Shown one piece after another: positions 37,084 through 47,800 of a DNA stretch of 64,000 nt. Within the stretch, counting starts at the first letter, position 1. Each line of letters opens with the position of its first letter. The notes beneath the pieces were generated by a model. The model had not been told where the DNA came from and searched no databases. It saw nothing but the letters and a program-made list of their open reading frames with translations. The position numbers and the translations under genes were made by a program. The DNA comes from Candidatus Latescibacterota bacterium (GTDB taxonomy: Bacteria; Latescibacterota; UBA2968; UBA8231), in contig OZ244561.1 in assembly GCA_965217585.1 (NCBI GenBank), forward strand, positions 1,600,001 through 1,664,000. The letters run 5' to 3'.

Positions 37084-38899
37084 GTTCGAACTCCTCTTGC
37101 CAATCCCGCTCTTCCTGCCACTGCGGCTGGTCTTTCTTGTCCAAGACATAAGAGCCTAGGACCAAAAAATCCATCTCGGTCCGCATGAAACAGCGATAGG
37201 CATCTTCTGGGCTTTGGACGATGGGTTCGCCGCGCACGTTGAAGGACGTGTTGACCACCACTGGATATCCGGTCAGGCTCTGAAAGGCGCGAATCACGTC
37301 GTAGTAGCGCGGGTGATCTTGCCGACGCAGCGTCTGCACTCGCGCCGAGTAATCCACGTGGGTGACGGCCGGCATATCCGAGCGCGGCACATTTAGCTTG
37401 TCGATGCCGAACAGCCGCTGCTGGGCCTCGCTCATGGGAATCTGCCGTTCCGCTTTAATTGGGGCCACTTGCAGCATGTAGGGCGAGTCGGCATCTAGCT
37501 CAAAGAACTCGTGTACGCATTCGCGCAGCACCGTCGGGGCAAAGGGGCGGAAACTCTCGCGGAACTTGATCTTGAGGTTCATCACCGACTGCATCTGAGT
37601 TGAGCGCGGGTCGCCGAGAATCGACCGGGCGCCGAGCGCGCGCGGCCCAAATTCCATCCGCCCCTGAAAAAAGCCGACGACCTTGCCCGCGGCCAACAGC
37701 TCGGCCACGCGCACCGGCAACTCGTCCTCAGCGAGCTTTTGCGCCACCCCCGCCTGCTGCTCAATGCACTGATAGATTTCTTCGTCCCCGTACTCAGGCC
37801 CTAACAGCGCCCCTCGCATCGCGTCGTTTGCGCCGTCTGCCACCCGCTTGTGGCCCAAGTGGTTATGCCACAGCGCCAGCGCGACGCCCAAGGCCCCGCC
37901 GGCATCGCCTGCGGCCGGCTGGATCCAGATGTTTTCAAAGGGGCCCTCGCGCAAGATGCGGCCGTTGCCGACGCAATTGAGTGCCACGCCACCGGCCATG
38001 CACAAATTTTTGAGCTTGGTTTCTCTGTGCACCGTGCGGGCAATGCGCAACATGACTTCCTCGGTGACGACCTGACAGGAGCGCGCAATATCCATCTCGC
38101 GCTGCGTCAGCGGCGTCTCGGGCCGCCGCGGCGCTCCCCCGAAGAGCTTGTCCATGGCCCGGCTGGTCATCGTCAGGCCGGATAGGTAGTTGAAATAACG
38201 AGTGTTGAGCTTGAAGGAGCCGTCGTCCTTCAGGTCAATGATCTCGTTGAGCATCAGATCGACGTACTTTGGCTCGCCATAAGGGGCCAGCCCCATCAGC
38301 TTGTACTCGCCGGAGTTGACCTTGAAGCCCGCAAAATAGGTAAAAGCCGAATAGAACAAACCCAGCGAGTGGGGAAACTTGATGTCGGCCAGCGTGTGAA
38401 TTTCGGCATCCCGGCCGTAGCCATAGCTGGTAGTGGTCCATTCGCCGACCCCGTCCAAGGTCGCGATCGCCGCTTCTCGATACGGAGACGGATAGAAGGC
38501 CGACGCGGCGTGCGACTCGTGGTGGTCGCTGAACATTACCGGTACATCGCAGCCTAGCTCTTCTTGGATTAACTGCGGAATCCACAGTTTTTTTTCCAGC
38601 CAGACCTTCATGCTCTTCCAGTAGAGGCGGAGTCCCAACGGCGCAGTGCCGAGATGCGTTTCTAGCAGGCGTTCAAAGGTCAGCAGGGGTTTGTCGTAAA
38701 ACCCCACGCAGTACAGGTCTGTGGCCTCAATACCGCCTTCCCGCAGACAGTAGCTGACGGCGTGAGCAGGAAAATCTGGATCGTGTTTAACGCGCGTGAA
38801 TCGCTCCTCCTGAGCAGCAGCGACGATCTCTCCGTCGCGCACCAAACAGGCCGCGCTATCGTGGTAGAACGCGGAAATGCCGAGGATATAGGTGGCCAT
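37076..38899 (-). CDS. O-carbamoyltransferase (NodU/CmcH/SxtI family)
   Basis: YHDSAA, EERFTR.KH, HHESHAASA, GEYKLMGLAPYG, GGVALNC, EFGPRALG.RS, FRPFAP, NTSFN. Confidence 0.95.
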   Translation of the reverse strand: MATYILGISAFYHDSAACLVRDGEIVAAAQEERFTRVKHDPDFPAHAVSYCLREGGIEATDLYCVGFYDKPLLTFERLLETHLGTAPLGLRLYWKSMKVWLEKKLWIPQLIQEELGCDVPVMFSDHHESHAASAFYPSPYREAAIATLDGVGEWTTTSYGYGRDAEIHTLADIKFPHSLGLFYSAFTYFAGFKVNSGEYKLMGLAPYGEPKYVDLMLNEIIDLKDDGSFKLNTRYFNYLSGLTMTSRAMDKLFGGAPRRPETPLTQREMDIARSCQVVTEEVMLRIARTVHRETKLKNLCMAGGVALNCVGNGRILREGPFENIWIQPAAGDAGGALGVALALWHNHLGHKRVADGANDAMRGALLGPEYGDEEIYQCIEQQAGVAQKLAEDELPVRVAELLAAGKVVGFFQGRMEFGPRALGARSILGDPRSTQMQSVMNLKIKFRESFRPFAPTVLRECVHEFFELDADSPYMLQVAPIKAERQIPMSEAQQRLFGIDKLNVPRSDMPAVTHVDYSARVQTLRRQDHPRYYDVIRAFQSLTGYPVVVNTSFNVRGEPIVQSPEDAYRCFMRTEMDFLVLGSYVLDKKDQPQWQEERDWQEEFELD

Positions 38900-38906
38900 A
38901 AGGAGC

Positions 38907-38935
38907 TTGACAAAATGGGGTGTAGCAGCGATACT
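38907..38935 (+). promoter_or_regulatory. sigma70-like promoter of lysA
   Basis: TTGACA-17nt-GATACT in an AT-rich divergent intergenic region. Confidence 0.5.
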
Positions 38936-38992
38936 GAAAAGTTGTTCATAACCTACGGATTCTATTGAAAAATATCAAGTTAGGGTCATTTA

Positions 38993-40258
38993 ATGGAACG
39001 GCTTTCACTTCTCTCTGCAGACCAAGTTCGCGCCGTCCAGCGCCAGTTTGGCACGCCCACCTTTGTCTATGATCAAAAGGCGTTGGAATCCCAAGCCCAA
39101 AAGGCACTGGCCTTCCCCAATGCCCACGGCCTGACGGTTCGCTACGCGGTGAAAGCCTGTCCGGCAGCCGGCGTGATCCGCATTCTCAACCGCGCCGGCT
39201 TGCACATCGACGCGAGCAGTGGCTATGAAGCGCTGCGGGCCATGCGCGCTGGCGTCCCCCCGGCCCAGATTCAGATCACGGCTCAACAACTACCCGACAA
39301 TCTAGAAGACCTAGTGCGCCAAGGCGTAATCTTTAACGCTTGTTCCGTGCACCAGCTCGAAGCCTATGGCCGACTGGGCCGTGAAGTCTCCGTGCGCGTC
39401 AACCCAGGCCTAGGCTCGGGGCACAGCAACCGCACCAATACGGGCGGGCCTTCGTCGAGCTTCGGCATCTGGCACGGACACCTCGACCAAGTGCTCGCAA
39501 CGGCCGCCGGCCACGACCTGCACATCACCGGCTTGCACAGCCATATCGGCTCGGGCAACGACCCAGAAGTCTGGCAGCACTGTGCCCGGCTGACGCTGGG
39601 TGTGGCCGCCAAGCTACCCGAGGTCCGGCGCGTGAGTATGGGCGGCGGTTTCAAGATTGGGCGCATGGCCGACGAAGTATCGACCGACTTGCGCGAAGCC
39701 GGCCAACCTGTCGCCGACGAATTCAACCGCTTCGCCCGAGAGCACGGCCGCAAACTGCATCTGGAAATCGAACCTGGGACCTTCTTGGTGGGCAACGCCG
39801 GTGCCATCGTCTGCAGCGTCGTCGACGTAGTCGATACCGGCCAGCAGGGCTATTGCTTTATCAAGGTCGATAGCGGCATGACCGAAGTGCTGCGTCCCAG
39901 CTTGTACGGAGCGCAACACCCCATCGCGGTGGTCCCGGCCACATCAGAGGAACGCGGCCAAGGCGAGTACCTAATCGCCGGCCATTGCTGTGAAAGCGGG
40001 GATATTCTCACGCCAGCACCCGGCAACCCCGAGGAGCTGGCACCTCGTTTACTCACCGAGCCGCGCATCGGCGACGCGGTTTTTATCGGCGGCAGCGGAG
40101 CCTATTGCGCTGGCATGGCAGCCAAAAACTACAATTCCTTCCCGGAAGCATGCGAAGTGTTGCTCGGCACAGACGGCGAGCTTCATCTGCTGCGCCAGCG
40201 CCAGACCCTCGACCAGATCGTAGCCAACGAGTCCCTACCCGCTTTCCTCAGCGCCTGA
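38993..40258 (+). CDS. lysA: Diaminopimelate decarboxylase
   Basis: YAVKA (PLP Lys), HSHIGSG, GGGF, IEPG, RPSLYGA.H, CESGD, GAY. Confidence 0.92.
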   Translation: MERLSLLSADQVRAVQRQFGTPTFVYDQKALESQAQKALAFPNAHGLTVRYAVKACPAAGVIRILNRAGLHIDASSGYEALRAMRAGVPPAQIQITAQQLPDNLEDLVRQGVIFNACSVHQLEAYGRLGREVSVRVNPGLGSGHSNRTNTGGPSSSFGIWHGHLDQVLATAAGHDLHITGLHSHIGSGNDPEVWQHCARLTLGVAAKLPEVRRVSMGGGFKIGRMADEVSTDLREAGQPVADEFNRFAREHGRKLHLEIEPGTFLVGNAGAIVCSVVDVVDTGQQGYCFIKVDSGMTEVLRPSLYGAQHPIAVVPATSEERGQGEYLIAGHCCESGDILTPAPGNPEELAPRLLTEPRIGDAVFIGGSGAYCAGMAAKNYNSFPEACEVLLGTDGELHLLRQRQTLDQIVANESLPAFLSA

Positions 40259-41278
40259 ACTGCGTAGCTTCGGGTCCAGCGCGTCGCGCAGCCCGTCGCC
40301 CAGCAGGTTGTACAGGGTCACGGTCGCAAAAATGGCCAAGCCCGGCACGACCACCAGCCACCAAGCCGCTGCATTGCTGCGCGCCCCAGCCAGCAGGGCA
40401 CCCCAAGTGATCACTTCTGCCGGTATCCCCACCCCCAAAAAGCTCAGTCCCGACTCGGCGAGAATGGCACCGGCTACCCCGAAGGCCGCCGGGATCAGGA
40501 TCGGGCCGATGGCATTGGGCAGGATGTGGCGGAACATGATCCGCCCGTTTGAGTACCCGAGGCTGCGGGCGGCGGCCACGTAATCGTAGCTACGCACCTG
40601 CAAAAACTGCGAGCGCGTCAAGCGGGCGATACCGACCCAACTCGTAAGGCCAATAATGATCATGACGAAGAACAGGCTCGGCGGAAAAAACGCCGCGGCC
40701 GTCAGGATTAGGAAGAAGCTGGGGATCGCGGCCCACAGCTCGAAAAGGCGCGAGAGTGCCAAGTCGATCCAGCCTCCGAAGTAGCCGGCCAACGCCCCTA
40801 AGACCAAGCCAATGGCCAGCGATATGCCCACGGCCACTAGGCCGATGGTCAAGGCGTAGCGCGTACCGTGAATCAACCCCGAGAGCACGTCGCGCCCCAA
40901 GCGGTCCGTGCCCAGCCAGTGCTCGGCTCCCGGGGGCTGGTACTTCTCCCGCAAGCGAATTTCGCCCGGGGCATACGGCACCGGCGGGAAGATGGCCTCC
41001 TCTAGCTTGAGCTTTTTGAAGTTGCGGCGGCGCTTCAATTCCGCCGGCCAGTCCATTGCCCCCAAATAGACTCCGTATTGGCGGAAAGCCGGAAAGTAGA
41101 TCTCGCCTTTGTACTTCATGTAGTAAGGCTTGTCGCCAGCCAGTAAGTCGGCGCTTAAGGCCAAAATTCCCAGCAAGACGACGCCCAAGAGACTGAGCAG
41201 AGCGGGTTTGTTTTTTTTGAACTGCCTCCAGACGACCTGCCCGTAGGACTGCCCTTGTGCAACGGCTTTCGCGTTCAT
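40235..41278 (-). CDS. Peptide ABC transporter permease (OppC/DppC-like)
   Basis: HWLGTDRLGRDV, AARSLG...RI.FRHILPN, NLLGDGLRDALDP. Confidence 0.93.
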   Translation of the reverse strand: MNAKAVAQGQSYGQVVWRQFKKNKPALLSLLGVVLLGILALSADLLAGDKPYYMKYKGEIYFPAFRQYGVYLGAMDWPAELKRRRNFKKLKLEEAIFPPVPYAPGEIRLREKYQPPGAEHWLGTDRLGRDVLSGLIHGTRYALTIGLVAVGISLAIGLVLGALAGYFGGWIDLALSRLFELWAAIPSFFLILTAAAFFPPSLFFVMIIIGLTSWVGIARLTRSQFLQVRSYDYVAAARSLGYSNGRIMFRHILPNAIGPILIPAAFGVAGAILAESGLSFLGVGIPAEVITWGALLAGARSNAAAWWLVVVPGLAIFATVTLYNLLGDGLRDALDPKLRSSGAEESG

Positions 41279-42574
41279 CTACACACTCGCAAAGTCGATG
41301 CGCGGGTCCACGGCTTTGAGCAAAATATCCGCCACCAAGATCCCCGCCAGCGACAGGGCCGCGCCAATGGTGAAGAGTGCCATGGCCACGGGGTAATCGC
41401 GCACGATGACCGACTGGAAAGCCAAAAAGCCCATGCCTGGAATGGTGAAGATCGTCTCGATAAACACCGAACCCGCGATCATTCCCGGCAAAAGCCCCGC
41501 CAGCAGCGTCACAATGGGAATCAGAGAGTTGCGCAGCACGTGGCGCAGCACCACAACTCGGTAGCGCAACCCCTTGGCTTGGGCTGTGCGCACGTAGTCC
41601 AGCCGCAAATTCTCCAGCATGCTGGTGCGCATATAGCGCGAGATACCGGCGAAGCTGGCGTAGGTCGAAGCCAGTACCGGTAAGACCATGTGGTGGGCGT
41701 GGTCGGTCAACAGCCGCCAGAATCCCCAGTCTTCCCCAGCGTCCAAGGATTGGATACCGGAGGCTGGAAACCAGTGGAAGAATTCCTTGTTGCAGAAAAA
41801 CAGGATCAACAGCATGCCTACCCAGAACGAAGGCATCGACCAGAGCATGAAGGTCCCGGTGGTAGCCAAGCGGTCGGTAGCGGTATTTTGCTTGACCGCG
41901 ATCACTATGCCCAGCGGCACGCCGACTAGATAGGCAAAGACTAGACTGATGAGGTTGATTTCCAGCGTGATAGGCAGCCGGTCGAGGATGTGGTCAATGA
42001 CCGGTTCCTGGTCTTTGAAGGAGCGCCCTAGATTCAGCGTCACCAAACGCCAGCTATCCGTCTGCACCAGTTCCAAGCCAGACCCGGCATACGCGTAGTT
42101 TTTAGCTGGCGAGAAAAGGCGGCTCTGCCAGAAAGGCGACTCGACTAGCTCGTTGACGCGCTCGGGGCGCAGGCGGCGAAAATGCGCCAAGAAACGCGCC
42201 TTGCGCTCTTCGCCCTCAAGCGCGGCCAACTCGGCCCGCGCCGCGTCTGGCAACTCGTCGAGCACGGCGTCGGCCAACAAGGCTCCTCGGTCGAATGCGC
42301 CTAGGTCCTCCACGCGCAGGACCAGGTTGGAAAGCCAGTGCAAATACTGGAGGTATAGAGGTTGATCCAACCCGAGCTGGCGACGCAAATCTCGGCGCGT
42401 CTTCTCCATGTCCGCCTGATGGTCGGTGGAGAGCCCTTCGCCGCCAGCGGCCCCGCCCAAGAACAGATCGACCGGGTCGCCGGGCGCCAAGCGCATAATC
42501 AGGAAGGTCAGTAGGGTGATGCCGAGGAGGGTTGGGATGGCCAGCAGAATGCGCTGGATGGTGTACTGCAGCAT
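41279..42574 (-). CDS. Peptide ABC transporter permease (OppB/DppB-like) with periplasmic insertion
   Basis: APGDP, LGLDQP...QY, DYVRTA.AKGL, HVLRNSLIP, DPRI. Confidence 0.93.
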   Translation of the reverse strand: MLQYTIQRILLAIPTLLGITLLTFLIMRLAPGDPVDLFLGGAAGGEGLSTDHQADMEKTRRDLRRQLGLDQPLYLQYLHWLSNLVLRVEDLGAFDRGALLADAVLDELPDAARAELAALEGEERKARFLAHFRRLRPERVNELVESPFWQSRLFSPAKNYAYAGSGLELVQTDSWRLVTLNLGRSFKDQEPVIDHILDRLPITLEINLISLVFAYLVGVPLGIVIAVKQNTATDRLATTGTFMLWSMPSFWVGMLLILFFCNKEFFHWFPASGIQSLDAGEDWGFWRLLTDHAHHMVLPVLASTYASFAGISRYMRTSMLENLRLDYVRTAQAKGLRYRVVVLRHVLRNSLIPIVTLLAGLLPGMIAGSVFIETIFTIPGMGFLAFQSVIVRDYPVAMALFTIGAALSLAGILVADILLKAVDPRIDFASV

Positions 42575-42599
42575 GGTGGATTACAGCGCGGGACGCTTT

Positions 42600-43706
42600 T
42601 TACTCCTCTAGTTCCTCGGCCCGCGCATACGCCGCCTTGCTCTCCTCAACCAAGTCCTTGTGGGCGTAAACCGTCCCTAAGCGCTTCCACACCAAGGCAT
42701 TGTCTGGCATTTGTTCGGCGAGCTGCTCCAAGAGCGGCAGCGCACCATCGTAGTCCTTTGTGGCCAAGTGGACCATGGCGAGATTGTAGAGCGTGTCCCC
42801 ATAGTACTCTTTGAACTCGGCAACCTGCGCGTTAACATCCTGCGCCGCAGCGAGTGCGTCTTGTGAGTTGGCTCCCCGCGCCGCAGCGAGTGCGTCCTCG
42901 TAGTCCTTTTTTATGAGCTCGACTGCCTGCTCATAGGCCCGCTTCGCCGCAGTGTACTTTTCTTGTTGCCAGTAGAGGTTGCCCAAGTTGAAGTGGGGCC
43001 TGAAATCATCGGGGTTCAGTTCGATAATCTTAAGAGAATTGGCCTCGGCATTCTCGTAGTCCTCGGCTTGGGTTTGAGCGATGGTAAGATAGGTCAGGGC
43101 ATTGAGGTTCTCGGGATTGATTTTGGCCACCTGTGACAAGGCACGGATGGCCTCATCGAGGCGATCATTTTTTAAGTAGAGCGCCCCTAAGACAAGAAAG
43201 GTGTTCTCGTCTTCTGGATCCGCCGACACGACTTTCTGGCAGGTAGCAATGGCCGCATCTATGCTGTCGATTTGGGAATAGACTTGGGCGAGCCCCCGCC
43301 AAGCATCGAGCGCACTTTCGTCGATGATGGTAGCGTTGTGAAACGAGTGCCGCGCCATGACGTAATTCGGGGCCTCGCCTTGAGCATGAACGACGCCGGC
43401 ATTGTACTCGCGCGCCCAAAATTGGCGGCGCGTTTGTTCAACCTCGCTTTGAAATTTGGAATCGCTCTCGGCGTGCGCTAGGTGCTCGGCCATTTCGCCA
43501 TAGCGGCCCTCTTCCCCTAAGAGCTTGCCCATGAGCAAGTGAGCCTCGTAATTTTCCGGCTCGGTCTGCAAGACTAGGGCGAGTTGTTTTTTGGCCTCTT
43601 GCGGCTGCTCCTGCTTGATATAGAGCTTGGCCGCCGTCATGGTCGAACTCTGACATCCCAATCCGGCGACGGCGACGAGCACCGCCAGCCAGCACACGCA
43701 CTTCAT
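42600..43706 (-). CDS. TPR-repeat lipoprotein
   Basis: Lipobox GLGC; multiple TPR units (HFNLGNLY, LYNLAMVH, WKRLGTVY). Confidence 0.85.
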   Translation of the reverse strand: MKCVCWLAVLVAVAGLGCQSSTMTAAKLYIKQEQPQEAKKQLALVLQTEPENYEAHLLMGKLLGEEGRYGEMAEHLAHAESDSKFQSEVEQTRRQFWAREYNAGVVHAQGEAPNYVMARHSFHNATIIDESALDAWRGLAQVYSQIDSIDAAIATCQKVVSADPEDENTFLVLGALYLKNDRLDEAIRALSQVAKINPENLNALTYLTIAQTQAEDYENAEANSLKIIELNPDDFRPHFNLGNLYWQQEKYTAAKRAYEQAVELIKKDYEDALAAARGANSQDALAAAQDVNAQVAEFKEYYGDTLYNLAMVHLATKDYDGALPLLEQLAEQMPDNALVWKRLGTVYAHKDLVEESKAAYARAEELEE

Positions 43707-43723
43707 TGTCAATCCCCCGCGAG

Positions 43724-43758
43724 AAAAACTGCGCGGCGCACGTCTTGTGCGCCGCGCA
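43724..43758 (-). terminator. Rho-independent terminator after the PorV-like gene
   Basis: Perfect 12-bp stem TGCGCGGCGCAC/GTGCGCCGCGCA followed by GTTTTT on the minus strand. Confidence 0.75.
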
Positions 43759-43768
43759 ACGGTCGAAC

Positions 43769-44791
43769 TCAGAACCCAAACTGAAAGGTAAAGGTATTGA
43801 GGGCGTCGAAATACTCGACCGTAGTATAGGCGTAATCGACGCGTAAATCTTTAAGCGTCCCGGCCTCCAGATTCAGACCAAAGCCGAAGCTGGTGCCATA
43901 GATGTAGTCGTCGGTCGAGTTGGGTGCATAATCGAAGCCAGCGCGCAGGGCGAAGAAATCGGCCAACATATACTCGGCACCCAACCGGTACTGGTCGTAG
44001 GCGAAATTGTTGTGCCGGAAGACCGAGGACAAGTTGACCGCGTCCATATAGCGATAGCTCAGACCGAGCTCGAACGTCGAGGGCAGGTCAGCCGAGCTAG
44101 CCTGTATATTGTAGTCAGAGGGTCCGCGGCGCGCTTCGTTAATCTGGCCGCGACGCAACAGACCGGAACCGCCAAACTGCATCCGCGTGCCGATGTGCTT
44201 GAGCGCCACGCCCAAGTCTAGGCCGGCAATCCCGCCCAGATTGGCGTATTGCAAACCGGCGCTAAACGAAGTCGCGGTGGCCTCGACGCGCTGGATGCGG
44301 TTGATGATATAATGGCTGGTAATCCCGACGGCGATGCGATCAGTCAGTTCCTTCGCAAAGGTCAGGCCCAAGGTGAAGAAGGTCGGCGAATAGGTCGCAC
44401 CGGTGCCGTCGGGGTTGGCCTCGGTCGTCACTGGGATTGCGCCGAAATTTAGTGCCTTGATGTTGAGGGCCAGCGAGCCGACGCTCTTGAAGTTGGCACC
44501 GGTAGCCAGATAGTTGATGCGGGTATCCGCCAGATAGGACATCGTCGAAAACAGGATGCCCGCGTTGGATTCGGACTTGGGCAGACCTGCTGGGTTCCAG
44601 TGCAGGGCCTCCAGACCAGCAGTGGTGGCGATCGAGGCACCGCCCAAGGCCATGTCGCGTGCGCCGACCGGAATCAGCAGTTCCGGCGCGGCGGCCGTAC
44701 CGGCGCGGTCTTGGCCATCGGCAAAGGCCGTAGCCGAGGCCAAAACCAGCGCCAGCAGGATCGTCGAGATGCGAAAGCTGTGTCGAAGCAT
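43769..44791 (-). CDS. PorV/PorQ-like (UPF0164) outer-membrane beta-barrel
   Basis: Signal peptide, GT.AA..L.IPVGAR.MALGG, WNPAG, LP..F.LG, VDYAY, C-terminal F. Confidence 0.85.
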   Translation of the reverse strand: MLRHSFRISTILLALVLASATAFADGQDRAGTAAAPELLIPVGARDMALGGASIATTAGLEALHWNPAGLPKSESNAGILFSTMSYLADTRINYLATGANFKSVGSLALNIKALNFGAIPVTTEANPDGTGATYSPTFFTLGLTFAKELTDRIAVGITSHYIINRIQRVEATATSFSAGLQYANLGGIAGLDLGVALKHIGTRMQFGGSGLLRRGQINEARRGPSDYNIQASSADLPSTFELGLSYRYMDAVNLSSVFRHNNFAYDQYRLGAEYMLADFFALRAGFDYAPNSTDDYIYGTSFGFGLNLEAGTLKDLRVDYAYTTVEYFDALNTFTFQFGF

Positions 44792-44831
44792 GGAATAGTC
44801 TCCTGTTTCTCCCTTTGAGATCCTGTGCACC

Positions 44832-47800
44832 TTAGAAGCTCTCCAAGAATTGCTGCTCTTGGATGACGGCCAGCTTGAGGATTCGACTCATGCCGGTCCC
44901 TGGCAGCTCGATATGGGCGATATACATGCCGCTGGCCACCGGCAACTGGTTTTGGTTTTGCAGATCCCAGCGCGTGAACTGCGACGGGTCATCCTTCTCA
45001 ATCGTGCGCACTAGCGTGCCGCTCATGTCGAAGATGCGAATATTCGCCTTGGGCGGCAGGTGGTTGAAGGTCACGAAGTGGCTGTAACGGCTGGTCTCCG
45101 CCGAGTTGACGCCGAGGTAGGGATTGGGGAAGACGTTGATCTTCCCGATGTTTTCCTTGGCCAACGCTTCGGAGTACGCCTCGGCCGTCACGCTAAACTC
45201 AAACTCGTCCTCACCGGCCACCACGGTATTGCCGATGGTGATCTTTATTACGTCGCCCGTCGACCAGACCGAGGCACCTCCCTGGTAGAAGAAGTAAACC
45301 CACGTGGTATTCTCGTCCGTCAGTTCGTGGATCTTGGTCGGATCGTAGTCGGTGTGGACGATGGTGATATAGTCGCGACCCGGCATATTGTAGGTCTGGT
45401 GGTAGACAACGCTATCCTCGTCTCTCGACCCGTCGGCACCGCGGTCATAAAACACGGCGTTCAACTGGCGCGGATTGTCCGGATCTTCCACGTCCCAGAT
45501 CTCAAAGGGCACGCGCTGGAGGAAGGCACCGGTTGAATCCGACACCTCGGCGGGTTTGAAGGGATGCGCCGCGATATCGCGCTCGCCGCTGCCACCGCTG
45601 ACACCACCGAGGGTTGCCATCGAGCCACCCTCGACGATTGCGGTGCTATCGGCGTCCCACACGCCGGTGAAGCGGAACTCGATATCGCGCACCAGCCGAT
45701 TGTCACCAGCACCGCCGCCATCCCAGAAGGTCGAACCATAGCCGTCGGGAAAACCGAAGAGCGTACCGTCACTCCAGAGGTGAAGGTCGCCATCCTCCGG
45801 ATTGGCGTCGTTGGTCACTTCGGCACTGATATAGGTCGTCGGATTGGTGAAGACCAGATTACCTACCTTGACCTGGAGGCCTTCGACGATGGGATAGCTC
45901 TCGTCGAGGGAAATATTGCTCTCCCGGTCAACTAGGATCTCTCCGCCTCGCGACAGGCTCCAAGTCGCGTCGTCGTTGAAGGTGACCTTGTAGGCCGCCT
46001 GCTGCAGGGCCGTGGGGTCGATCACCTGTGCCCATACACTGGCGTCGCCGATGCCCTTGGTGTGTTCGACGGGCAGCAGCTCACCGGGGTCCTCATGGGT
46101 ACGCGTGATGCCCGGAGGCGCAACTTGTGGAACGCAGATGATGCTCTGCGGGCTGCTTTCTAGGGTGGTGGTCGTCGCCGCCTCGGCCGAAGTGGCGCGG
46201 CTATAGGCAGTCACCGCGAAGTAGTACTGCTGGCCATTGACCAGCGGACCGCCGCGTATCGCGTCGCTGGTCATGGTGATATATCGCTGGAGACCACTGT
46301 CGTTACCGATCTGCAAAGGCACATCCAGAACCACGCCAGACTGCTCGTCGAGAGCGATACCCAATATGGTCGTCACGCCGTTGACTAGATCAAAAGTGGC
46401 GATCTTGGTAGCCTGGCCCAGCGTCGCCTCGGCCGAAGGCAATTGGTAAACATTATAACCTTCAAAGTCAAAACCGGGCGAACCCACACTTTCGGTCTTG
46501 GCCACCGACTCTGGGTCCCAACCCCAGTTAAGTACGATGGTCTGGTCGAGCTCGACCAAGCGGACATTGGGCTGGGTCGGCGGCTTGGGCACCTGAAAGA
46601 AGCTGTTGTAGGCGTCCTGTACGAACTGGTCGGTGAATTTCAGCTTGGAGACGCTGCGCAGGCGGTCGCTGCTGATCGCGCCCAGCAGCGCGACCACCAC
46701 TTCTTGGGTGTCGCCCAATGCCATCTCGAAAGGCCCGGTGGCCAGCACTATGCGCCGGTCGCCGGCCGGCAGCGGCACGCCGTCGTTCCAGCCGGTGGCT
46801 CTGGTCGGATCGCCGTCGAGCGTGAACTTGGTGTCGGCATTGGTCAGCGGATTGGTGTAGGGCACGGGGTTTTCAACATCGTCCTGCGGCTGGAAGCCGC
46901 GCAGCAGATTGTACCACTGCTGAGTGCCTATGTATTCGCCCAGTTCTGGATCGGATATCGCACTGCCGGCGGCAAAGTACACGAAGGCCGTCATCGGCAA
47001 GTTCTTGTAGCCGGGACGCAGCCCGTCGTTGAAGATGGCCACCGAACTCTCGTCGAGCAGTTGATTGCCCTCTTCGTCAACGGCGATGTTGCCGTCGTCG
47101 TCTAGCTGATAAACCGGTACGATCGGGCCTTGCAAAAAGTCGTAGCCGGCGGCCGGTGGGGCCAAGCCGAAGGTGACGTAGTGCGAGTCGTCGTCGATCG
47201 AGTTGTACACATAACCCAAGCTCAGGCCGACGTCAGCACCGGCAAAGTCGTCGCCGAAATCGCCCAGATCTGGATCGGACCACTGGGCGAAATACATGTC
47301 TTCGATCACGGCATCGTCCGTGGCCTCGGCGGTGCCCTTGTAGATGATCTTGTACTTCTTGAAGATCACGTCGCCCAAGGCGTCGCTGCGCGCATAGCCC
47401 CAGAGCGTGACCTGGGTCTCCAAGCCGATGGGCAAAGAGCCGTAGAGATTGGTTGTGGCACCCTGGTCCAGATCGTTTATGGCAAACCAGATTACCTGGT
47501 CCGCATTGGCCAAACCTGGCTCGTCAACCGAGGGGTCGTACTGCCCGTTTCCGTCGTTGTCGTAATAGGGCGCACCCAACTCGGCCGGCCACTCCGTCCA
47601 ATCGCGCTCGTACTGGGCGCGCACCGCCTCCTCGTGGGCGGCGGTGACCTGGCTCAAACCGATGTTGAGGACCTCGGAGGCGTCTAGCCGCAAATCCGCG
47701 GTCGCCCAATCGCGGCGGATCCGATAGAGCCGAGCCGTTTCGCGGTCCTGGGCCACGCCCTTGGACTCAATGACGCCTGGCACCGTGCCGATCTCGTACG

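Noticed and set aside
36658-38899. Saxitoxin biosynthesis (sxtI/sxtJ similarity)
   Set aside because: No sxtA, sxtG or other pathway genes; these families are widespread outside toxin clusters.
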